Virus record (IMG/VR): IMGVR_UViG_3300021197_001489
Location: 252,013-316,012 of that record
Length of the DNA stretch: 64,000 bases
Direction: 5' to 3' (one strand)
In this document: positions 45,081-52,423 of the stretch, in pieces
Numbering within the stretch: position 1 is the first letter of the stretch
Layout: every line of letters starts with the position of its first letter
Notes under the pieces: generated by a model
The model's database searches: none
What the model was told of the DNA's origin: nothing
What the model saw: the letters and a program-made list of their open reading frames with translations, nothing else
Made by a program: the position numbers and the translations under genes

Positions 45081-45461
45081 ATGGAAAAGAAGTTTACAGT
45101 TGCAGGTACTGCTACACAGCATGGTATTACCAAAGTGCGTTTTGCAAACGACTATGTAAGTCGTTACAAGATCCTAATCAAGAATGGCTGTGACCCAATT
45201 AACCTTGTTGAGTTGCCGGAGCCAATGACCAAAATGGAGGCTCTCAAGTATATGGACAGCCTCAAGTGGGACGGTGACGATGGCTATGCAGTTAGTGCAA
45301 AGCTCTATGAGAAGATGAAGGAAATCAAAAAAGGCGAGTACAAGAAAGAAATTTCTATTGCTGAGATCCGTTCACGCAAGGTGGATGTGACTCCTGCGGA
45401 TATTCTTGAGCAGACTGGCTTTGTTGATGTTGATTGCAGTGAGCTTGAGTTAGAGGACTAA
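45081..45461 (+). CDS. Hypothetical protein
   Basis: KVRFAND..SR.KIL.KNG...INLVELP.PMTK.EA block. Confidence 0.8.
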   Translation: MEKKFTVAGTATQHGITKVRFANDYVSRYKILIKNGCDPINLVELPEPMTKMEALKYMDSLKWDGDDGYAVSAKLYEKMKEIKKGEYKKEISIAEIRSRKVDVTPADILEQTGFVDVDCSELELED

Positions 45462-45463
45462 GC

Positions 45464-45793
45464 ATGGCACAGGCACTGAGTTTTTGTAAAGGTTGCATGA
45501 CTGATGCTGCGTGGGCACCAGGCGGACTTTGTCCAACCTGTATGTTGCGCGAGCAAATAGAAAAAAGTCAGCAGCCGCAAACTGCAGGATACACTTATAA
45601 CCCAGACGTTGAACCTCCAATGAATTTACTTGGGCAGTTTCTTGGTATGATTGCTGGTTGGGGACTAACAGTTGGGTTATTTATATGGGTATTTAAAGAT
45701 GACACATACTGGAACTGTGTACTGGACGCTTTGATGCTGCCATTTTGGGCTCTGTTCTATTTGGCTTCTTTTATACTTCATATATTCACGTAA
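45464..45793 (+). CDS. Zinc-ribbon membrane protein
   Basis: CKGC...CPTC then two TM helices. Confidence 0.75.
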   Translation: MAQALSFCKGCMTDAAWAPGGLCPTCMLREQIEKSQQPQTAGYTYNPDVEPPMNLLGQFLGMIAGWGLTVGLFIWVFKDDTYWNCVLDALMLPFWALFYLASFILHIFT

Positions 45794-45799
45794 ACTACA

Positions 45800-46114
45800 G
45801 TGTCATATGACGTGCAACTAAATATTCTTGATATGTTCAATAGCAAAGAAGAACTTGACGATCTCTTTGGAAATGACGAAGGCGTAGCGGCAATGGTAAT
45901 TGCCCTGTGTGCTACAATGTATGACAATGGGATTAGAGTAATACACATTGGAGGACTCATGCGTATGCTGGGTGTGCCCAATAAGGATGCTCAAAAACAT
46001 GATCACGAATGTTTTGAGTTAGGTGATAACTTCTATGAACAAATTGAAGAAATGGGCTTTGAACGAATCGATGAACATGCACTGCATCTCAATGTCAATC
46101 AAACTGTGCATTAA
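45800..46114 (+). CDS. Hypothetical protein
   Basis: 104-aa ORF, contiguous in the operon. Confidence 0.75.
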   Translation: MSYDVQLNILDMFNSKEELDDLFGNDEGVAAMVIALCATMYDNGIRVIHIGGLMRMLGVPNKDAQKHDHECFELGDNFYEQIEEMGFERIDEHALHLNVNQTVH

Positions 46115-46136
46115 TTTTAAAACTTAGGAGAATACA

Positions 46137-46313
46137 ATGTCATCTCATGATACACTCGTAGAACAAATGGAAGCATACTTGGCTGAAAATGCCAAGTTCA
46201 CTGATAAAAAAGTTAAAGCAGCGGCTACTCGTGCCAGAGGTGCTTTGCAGGCAATTGGCAAAGCTGTCAAAGAGCGCCGCAAAGAAATTATCGAAGAGAA
46301 GAATGCTCTCTAA
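46137..46313 (+). CDS. Histone H1-like (Hc1-family) small basic protein (58 aa, not in ORF track)
   Basis: AGGAG RBS; KKVKAAATRARGALQAIGKAVKERRKEI. Confidence 0.75.
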   Translation: MSSHDTLVEQMEAYLAENAKFTDKKVKAAATRARGALQAIGKAVKERRKEIIEEKNAL

Positions 46314-46343
46314 AACCTAACTATCAATTTACAAGGAACAGTC

Positions 46344-46700
46344 ATGGATAACGATTATATTACGTTAATTGATCATACTGCGTTAGGTGAGGACGATTTA
46401 ACACCCTATAGTATAAATGTTCCTTGTAACTTGATCGATGAGGACAATATTTTTTCAATGAATCACGAAGTAAGTGGAAAAATGGTCATAAATGGCAAAG
46501 ATGCCGACATTGAAATTAATGGTGTTAGCATCACTGAAACACTGAGTGGTATCCAAGAAAGACTGGCTATCCTGCAACCCAACCCAGAACTAGAAAAAGA
46601 ATTTTTAGAGCTGGCCAAAATTAGAAAACAATATACCAAACTTGAAAAAACATTGCTTGAAAAGAAAGCAGTGTGGGACGCTCTCGGAAGGGATGATTAA
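46344..46700 (+). CDS. Hypothetical protein
   Basis: AAGGA RBS; [15 protein letters not shown] and coiled-coil end. Confidence 0.75.
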   Translation: MDNDYITLIDHTALGEDDLTPYSINVPCNLIDEDNIFSMNHEVSGKMVINGKDADIEINGVSITETLSGIQERLAILQPNPELEKEFLELAKIRKQYTKLEKTLLEKKAVWDALGRDD

Positions 46701-47020
46701 TGACATATGTAGTCACTGAGGCCTGCATTAAGTGCAAGCATCAAGACTGTGTCGAAGTATGCCCTGTAGATTGTTTCTATGAAGGCCCAAACTTTCTCAC
46801 AATTGACCCTGATGAGTGTATTGACTGTGCAGTTTGTGTGCCAGAATGTCCTGTTGATGCAATTGTACCTGATTCAGAATCTGACCAATTTTGGCTTGAT
46901 CTTAATGCTGAACTGGCTATACTGTGGAAAGACAACAACATCACTGAAGTTGGCGAAGTTCCTGCAGATGCAGCCGAATGGAAAGACGTCAAGCTAAAAT
47001 TGCACCTGCTAGAACGATAA
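46700..47020 (+). CDS. fdxA: 7Fe-type ferredoxin
   Basis: [50 protein letters not shown]. Confidence 0.95.
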   Translation: MTYVVTEACIKCKHQDCVEVCPVDCFYEGPNFLTIDPDECIDCAVCVPECPVDAIVPDSESDQFWLDLNAELAILWKDNNITEVGEVPADAAEWKDVKLKLHLLER

Positions 47021-47025
47021 TTTGG

Positions 47026-47062
47026 TTGACTTTGTCGCACACTATGTTATACTGTATACAGT
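47026..47062 (+). promoter_or_regulatory. Early promoter with perfect palindrome
   Basis: TTGACT-N16-TATACT; ACTGTATACAGT palindrome at 47051-47062. Confidence 0.8.
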
Positions 47063-47086
47063 GAAATTAGACGGAGCAGCTATCAA

Positions 47087-47470
47087 ATGACTATGCATTT
47101 AGTGAGAGGCATGTCCAGCCTCAAAACACAAGGTCATAAACACACAGGTTTGACACAGCGAGACAGAGACGCCAAAGTCGCACATGATAAATGGTTGCGC
47201 GAGCGTGGATTGCATCCTACACAACTCAAAGCAAAACTTCCGCATAATGCAAAAGGCAAACGCTTAGGTGTAGGTACGATGCCTGACTATAGCTCAAGGC
47301 AAGAAACTGTGCCCACTAGTGATCGTATTATGGCTACTGCAACCAAGAAGCATGAGAATACATATACAGGTAACGAGATTGCAGGCATTGGATTGTTACA
47401 CAAAAGTAATCTTGTTCCTGTGCGCAAGGACAGTAACGACGCAAAAGAAATTGCTAGAATGAGGAGATAA
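47087..47470 (+). CDS. Basic hypothetical protein
   Basis: MHLVRGM start, YTG..IAGI..LHKSNLVPV...AKEIARMRR end. Confidence 0.85.
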   Translation: MTMHLVRGMSSLKTQGHKHTGLTQRDRDAKVAHDKWLRERGLHPTQLKAKLPHNAKGKRLGVGTMPDYSSRQETVPTSDRIMATATKKHENTYTGNEIAGIGLLHKSNLVPVRKDSNDAKEIARMRR

Positions 47471-47472
47471 CA

Positions 47473-47646
47473 GTGGCACTTGGCAGCGTTGGACAGAATC
47501 TATTACACGCTCTGCAATGGGAAATATATGACTTTAGGGTAGCAGACGCTAAGGAGCAATGGGATCTAGACCAAGATGAAGCAGCGGCTGTTGAAAAGTG
47601 GATGGTTAATCGTATCGAACAACTTAGGAAACAGAGGGACGAATGA
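47473..47646 (+). CDS. Small protein (57 aa)
   Basis: GAGGAG RBS, GTG start. Confidence 0.65.
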   Translation: MALGSVGQNLLHALQWEIYDFRVADAKEQWDLDQDEAAAVEKWMVNRIEQLRKQRDE

Positions 47647-47810
47647 AACATTTGGTGGTTGATACTGTAAACAAAGTAACACAAACAACTCGTTTATATA
47701 CCTATGACATTGACGAGCCGCAACAGGTCACACAGTTGCTGGAAAAACACAACAACAATAATGAATTTGTTGCTGCTTACAAGGTGATTGAGCATGAAGC
47801 GAGTGTATAG
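47643..47810 (+). CDS. Small protein (55 aa)
   Basis: ATGA overlap; GAGG RBS. Confidence 0.65.
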   Translation: MKHLVVDTVNKVTQTTRLYTYDIDEPQQVTQLLEKHNNNNEFVAAYKVIEHEASV

Positions 47811-48099
47811 TGTAACCATTAATGGTGCTAACGATTGTGTGTGTATGACTGAGTCAGAAGCATCATTTGTTACTTTGAAGTTTGCTGAAAAATTAAAAAT
47901 GTATGACATGACTGCACGTCACGGAATGAAGCCTGAACACTTGCACAAATTACAACGCTATGAAGATGCATTGTTGCCTCATAACTGTGTGCGAGTTGGC
48001 GCAAAGCCTATCTACACCAAGGGCATTGGTCCAGGACAATTTGGCGGCTCTGCACAAGTGATGTGGGAATTTCAAGACCTAATGGAGATGAAAATATGA
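47794..48099 (+). CDS. Hypothetical protein
   Basis: Contiguous in the operon. Confidence 0.7.
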   Translation: MKRVYSVTINGANDCVCMTESEASFVTLKFAEKLKMYDMTARHGMKPEHLHKLQRYEDALLPHNCVRVGAKPIYTKGIGPGQFGGSAQVMWEFQDLMEMKI

Positions 48100-48374
48100 C
48101 TAAGTATACACAACAAATTGAGCAAGACGGCGTAAAGGCTGCATTGATCAATGGAATTATTGAAGTTGCATTTACCAAAGCAGATGGTAGTTTGCGCAAA
48201 ATGAATGCTACACTGTTAGAAAGTGTAGTTCCTAAAGCAAACAAGGAGGACCCTCTAAGCACCAAAGCAGTGCGCAAAGTCTCACCAGAAGTTTGCGTAA
48301 TTTGGGATGTTGATGCCAACTGTTGGAAAAGTTTCCGCTGGGATCGACTGAAAACTGTAGAGGAGAAAACTTGA
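48096..48374 (+). CDS. WYL_2/DUF2693-like small SH3-fold protein
   Basis: VAFTKADGSLRKMNATL and WDVDANCWKSFRWD. Confidence 0.75.
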   Translation: MTKYTQQIEQDGVKAALINGIIEVAFTKADGSLRKMNATLLESVVPKANKEDPLSTKAVRKVSPEVCVIWDVDANCWKSFRWDRLKTVEEKT

Positions 48375-48589
48375 GTAAAGAAGGACTTGTTACTTTTGAA
48401 GGTAAGGTAACTGAATTGCTACGTGGTGGTATGTTTCGCGTAATTATCGAAGGTAATGGCCACGAACTTATAGCACAATTAAACGGTCGAATGCGCATGC
48501 ACAAAATCAAAGTGCTGTCTGGCGATACTGTGGAATTAGAAGTATCGCCATATGATCTTTCTAAAGGCCGTATTACCCGGCGTCGGTAA
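48371..48589 (+). CDS. infA: Translation initiation factor IF-1
   Basis: TTG start after AGGAG; EGKVTELL..GMFRV, GRMRMHKIKVLSGDTV.LEVSPYDLSKGRI. Confidence 0.93.
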   Translation: MSKEGLVTFEGKVTELLRGGMFRVIIEGNGHELIAQLNGRMRMHKIKVLSGDTVELEVSPYDLSKGRITRRR

Positions 48590-48619
48590 ATATTCCTGTA
48601 ACAACAACAAGGAACTCCT

Positions 48620-49078
48620 GTGCTATCAAAATTAGATTTCAAACAAATAGTAAACATTCTTGGCGACGATCCAGTTCGACCACACCTCAATGGCAAATTT
48701 CGCTGCACCAAGGGTCGCGAAGTGTACGCACTCTATGAAGATCAATTTGCTGAACAAGCACCAGTTCTTCACAAAGGGCCACTGGCAGTAATTTGTGTAG
48801 CCTACACCAACGAAGTTCCAATCACTGAACAGGAACTTGAACAGTACAGTGATCCTAACGGAAACATTGCAGTGTTTTACACAGTGTGGAGTTACAACCG
48901 CGGCGCAGGACGACAGATTGTTCTGGATGTTGCAAGTTATTTGAAACGTGAGCGCAGCGTAACACGCTGGGTGACTCTTAGCCCACTTACAGAAATGGCA
49001 GAACGTTTCCATTTACGCAACGGCGCCACACTGCTCGCACGTGGAGCGGAGTGCCAAAACTTTGAATACATGGTATGA
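48620..49078 (+). CDS. GNAT-fold-like protein
   Basis: IAVFYTVWSY..GAG..I and VTLSP, reminiscent of the malonyl-CoA decarboxylase/GNAT fold; family call tentative. Confidence 0.55.
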   Translation: MLSKLDFKQIVNILGDDPVRPHLNGKFRCTKGREVYALYEDQFAEQAPVLHKGPLAVICVAYTNEVPITEQELEQYSDPNGNIAVFYTVWSYNRGAGRQIVLDVASYLKRERSVTRWVTLSPLTEMAERFHLRNGATLLARGAECQNFEYMV

Positions 49079-49785
49079 TTCTTCCAATTACAGAAGTTGA
49101 ACACTACACTGATCAACTGTTTCGTATCAAGCTAGAAAGACCGCAATCGTATAGATTTAATGCAGGTGAGTTTACCATGATTGGGCTGTCTAAAGGCGAT
49201 ATTAGTCGCGCATACAGCTTCACTAGCGGCCCTGGCGATGATTACCTAGAGTTTTACAGCATCAAAGTACTTAATGGCCCGCTTACAGGACGTTTACAGC
49301 ATGTGAAACCTGGCGATACGTTAGAAGTTGGAGACAAACCCACAGGAAGTCTTACACTTGCAAATATTGAACTTGGCGGCAATTTATGGTTGTTAGCAAC
49401 AGGCACAGGCATTGCGCCTTTTATCAGCATCCTGCGTGACCCTGCAACATATGATTGTTTTGACAGCGTAACAGTAGTTTGGAGTGTGCGCACAGAACCA
49501 GAGCTGGATGCGTATCAAGACTTTATTAACGAAATGCCTGTGCGTTTTATACCTGTGATTACACAGGCAGGCAATACGTGGAGAGGTCTAGACACCCGCA
49601 TAACAAACTTGCTAGATTGGAAATGCATATTAGTAGACCGTGATCCTGCTCTAAACAAAGTGATGATTTGTGGCAGTCTTGACTTCAACAATGATGTAAA
49701 AACACGTCTGACTGATTGGGGTTGGAGCGAAGGGAATCGCAAAAGTGCAGGCACATTTGTGGTTGAACGTGCATTTGTTGGATAA
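49075..49785 (+). CDS. fpr: Ferredoxin-NADP+ reductase (bacterial Fpr type)
   Basis: FNAGEFTMIGL, RAYSF, GPLTGRL, LATGTGIAPF, MICGS, E.AFV end. Confidence 0.92.
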   Translation: MILPITEVEHYTDQLFRIKLERPQSYRFNAGEFTMIGLSKGDISRAYSFTSGPGDDYLEFYSIKVLNGPLTGRLQHVKPGDTLEVGDKPTGSLTLANIELGGNLWLLATGTGIAPFISILRDPATYDCFDSVTVVWSVRTEPELDAYQDFINEMPVRFIPVITQAGNTWRGLDTRITNLLDWKCILVDRDPALNKVMICGSLDFNNDVKTRLTDWGWSEGNRKSAGTFVVERAFVG

Positions 49786-49792
49786 GTACAAT

Positions 49793-50347
49793 ATGCAAGA
49801 AGATATCAGAAACCTTATACAATTAACCGAAGCCAAAGAAGAAAAACTTGCGGCTGATCCGTTACCATATAGCAGTGGTGATCTAGAACCTGTACTGTCA
49901 AAAGACAACGTCGATTATCACTACAATGTGCTAACCAAAGGCTATGTAAATCGCTACAACAAAGGCGAAGGTGATCCGAAGTTTAATTATGGTGGAGCAA
50001 AACTGCACAATCTTTTCTGGACACAACTACAACCACCTAAAGGATCAAACCGTCCTAAAGGGACGATTAAAGAGTTCATCGACAAGCATCATGAAGACTA
50101 TGACAATTTCAAAAAAGAAATGCTTGCTGCGGCTATGAGCATACAAGGTTCGGGTTGGGTATATCTTGCCAAAAACGGCAGTATAAAAACTACACCCAAT
50201 CAGTCATACAAAACTGATATACTGTTGCCAATTGATATGTGGGAACACAGTTTTATGGATTATATTCCAGCAAAAGATGCTAAGAAAAAATACATTGAAA
50301 ACATGATGAAGATTGTTAACTGGGATGTTATTAACGGGAGACTATGA
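49793..50347 (+). CDS. sod: Fe/Mn superoxide dismutase with short N-terminal extension
   Basis: LPY..DLEP, YHY....GY, LHNLFW, QGSGWVYL, DMWEH; ATAAGTA motif at 49782. Confidence 0.9.
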   Translation: MQEDIRNLIQLTEAKEEKLAADPLPYSSGDLEPVLSKDNVDYHYNVLTKGYVNRYNKGEGDPKFNYGGAKLHNLFWTQLQPPKGSNRPKGTIKEFIDKHHEDYDNFKKEMLAAAMSIQGSGWVYLAKNGSIKTTPNQSYKTDILLPIDMWEHSFMDYIPAKDAKKKYIENMMKIVNWDVINGRL

Positions 50348-50514
50348 TGATTAAAAAATTTATTACAAGCAGACTTGACGAGCGCACTAGTTGGGACGGC
50401 GCGGCACTTATTGCAATTGGTGTAATTATACTGATTGCAGGACCGTTTGCCAAACTTGCAGCTTATGCAGCTATAGCTTATGGAGCATGGACAATATGGA
50501 AAAAAGAACAGTAA
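50344..50514 (+). CDS. Small two-TM protein (56 aa, not in ORF track)
   Basis: GGAG RBS; RLDERTSWDGAALIAIGVIILIAGP...IWKKEQ*. Confidence 0.75.
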   Translation: MMIKKFITSRLDERTSWDGAALIAIGVIILIAGPFAKLAAYAAIAYGAWTIWKKEQ

Positions 50515-50999
50515 AACTTGCACTGGTTGCAATCTTATGTTTTGGTCTTGGAATACTGGCAACCTGGATTGGTTGCTCAATTTGGGACAAACACAGCCAC
50601 AGGATAACTTGGGAGTACCCAATTACCAAAATTAATGGAGAAACTCCTCCGGGCAAAATGCAGCCATTGGTAAACACTGAAACCATGCTTGATACAACAC
50701 AAAGCGACGGTATGCGTTTGGTAGTGATGAAAGGCACACGACTTGCAGGAACTAGAGTTGCAATACATGTGCATCAATACGGTGGTCACACCTGTGTACT
50801 CGAAGGAACCATAACTGATTTTGTTGAAGGTAAACCAAACGGCGTTTATCCAGCAGGCACCTGTTATTATATGCCAGCAAATACTCCAATGAGTGCTGCC
50901 AATCTTGGAACAGAAGATGCATTATTAATTGATACATTTGTTCTTCCGTTTGATGTTCCAACGATTACAATAATGGAGCCAGGGTATGACACAGAATAA
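50496..50999 (+). CDS. Membrane-anchored cupin protein
   Basis: N-terminal TM; HVHQYGG..CVLEG, YPAG.CYYMP, MSAAN. Confidence 0.8.
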   Translation: MEKRTVKLALVAILCFGLGILATWIGCSIWDKHSHRITWEYPITKINGETPPGKMQPLVNTETMLDTTQSDGMRLVVMKGTRLAGTRVAIHVHQYGGHTCVLEGTITDFVEGKPNGVYPAGTCYYMPANTPMSAANLGTEDALLIDTFVLPFDVPTITIMEPGYDTE

Positions 51000-51144
51000 A
51001 CCGGCAATGGCTCCTAAAGAGCCAGGGCAAAAACCCAAGAATAAATGGGACTACAGTAAAGAATACAGCGAGCGTGACTGGATGCGAACTGTAGGCTACG
51101 GAACGCCAGATGGAAAGTATTTCAAAGATGATAACGATCACTGA
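50986..51144 (+). CDS. Small protein (52 aa)
   Basis: GGAG RBS; bridges the cupin and iscA genes. Confidence 0.55.
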   Translation: MTQNKPAMAPKEPGQKPKNKWDYSKEYSERDWMRTVGYGTPDGKYFKDDNDH

Positions 51145-51433
51145 AGAAGCAAAACAGTATTTGGATAAAGTACGCAACGACGACTACGTTACACTTGGTG
51201 TAAAGGGTGGTGGCTGTTCAGGCTTTACCTATGTGTGGGACTTTAAAAACAACTGGCCAGATGTAAACTGGAGTGAGCCATACGCAGATGCACTGGTGTT
51301 AGACCCAATGGCAGAAATGTTTGTAGCAGGTTGTACCATAGACTACAAAAATGAACTAGGTGGTAGTTATCTTACAGTAATCAACCCAAATGCAACTGCA
51401 ACCTGTGGCTGCGGGGAGAGCTTTGCTGCTTAA
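51128..51433 (+). CDS. iscA: Fe-S cluster assembly A-type carrier (IscA/HesB)
   Basis: ITITEEA, GVKGGGCSGFTY, IDY, NPNATATCGCGESF. Confidence 0.93.
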   Translation: MITITEEAKQYLDKVRNDDYVTLGVKGGGCSGFTYVWDFKNNWPDVNWSEPYADALVLDPMAEMFVAGCTIDYKNELGGSYLTVINPNATATCGCGESFAA

Positions 51434-51436
51434 TCC

Positions 51437-51443
51437 ATAAATA
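51437..51443 (+). promoter_or_regulatory. Late promoter ATAAATA at the start of the structural cluster
   Basis: ATAAATA 24 nt before ATG 51467; the same motif occurs at 12441, 15541, 52390 and 61177. Confidence 0.7.
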
Positions 51444-51466
51444 CACAAGTATTAAAGGATTGATAG

Positions 51467-51928
51467 ATGGCACAACAAATAATCGACTTAGGAACTTCGG
51501 CAAACGCAGGCGACGGTGATAATCTTCGCAGTGCAATGGATAAAACCAACGATAACTTCACTGAAGTTTACACTGCTGGTCCAGTTGGTTCAAACATTTC
51601 AATCACAAACAACTCAATTTCAAGCACCAACACAAATGGCAACATTACACTAGCCACAGATGGCACTGGTGTTATTCAAGTTGCTAACGATATTGTACCT
51701 GATGTTAACAACACACGCTGGATTGGTAGTGCTAATGTACGTCCATTAGGAGCATACATCGGAACTGCTGGAGTAATAAGTTCAGGACCATTGACTCTTC
51801 CTACATTTGCAGACAATACCGCAAGAGATGCTGCAATTACGCAACCAGCCGCGGGTATGATAATCTTTAATACAACAGGCACAAAGTTCCAAGGATACAC
51901 AGGCAGTGCTTGGGTTGACTTAAACTAG
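51467..51928 (+). CDS. Baseplate/fibre-attachment structural protein
   Basis: gp9/gp10-like N-terminus IDLGTSANAGDGDNLRSAMDKTNDNFTEVY; AAGMIIFN...FQGY..AW. Confidence 0.75.
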   Translation: MAQQIIDLGTSANAGDGDNLRSAMDKTNDNFTEVYTAGPVGSNISITNNSISSTNTNGNITLATDGTGVIQVANDIVPDVNNTRWIGSANVRPLGAYIGTAGVISSGPLTLPTFADNTARDAAITQPAAGMIIFNTTGTKFQGYTGSAWVDLN

Positions 51929-51941
51929 TAAAGGATAAGCA

Positions 51942-52370
51942 ATGGGATTCATAAAAGATACAGACGGTATTGCCAGATCACGTAAAGCAGATAAAGACAT
52001 TACCTATAGATATGCCGATGCAGATGTAAACACATTTTTAGGTGGCGGTACTGCAGGTAGTATTGTTACAGCTGGAGGAATCACTGGTGGCATACAAACC
52101 ATAAGTGGTCCAGGTGCAATCAACCTCACAACATTATACACTGAACTTACAACAACTGGTGCAGATGCATTCTCACTTGCAAATGGTGCCGCAGGGCAGA
52201 TTAAAATAATCACCTTGCTTGTAGACGGCGGTAACGCAACAATCACTCCAACTACATTTTCAAACGGCACATCAATCACAATGGACGCCGCAAATGATTC
52301 AGTTACAATGATCTATGGTACCAACGGTTGGCAGATAATTGCCGCACAAGCAATAACTGTTAATGCATAA
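51942..52370 (+). CDS. Putative virion structural protein
   Basis: G/T/A-rich beta domain shared with the C-terminus of 58454..59362. Confidence 0.75.
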   Translation: MGFIKDTDGIARSRKADKDITYRYADADVNTFLGGGTAGSIVTAGGITGGIQTISGPGAINLTTLYTELTTTGADAFSLANGAAGQIKIITLLVDGGNATITPTTFSNGTSITMDAANDSVTMIYGTNGWQIIAAQAITVNA

Positions 52371-52423
52371 ACTTTAGTTTACAATTGCCATAAATACTCA
52401 TAACAGCAAGTTAGAGGTTCAGT

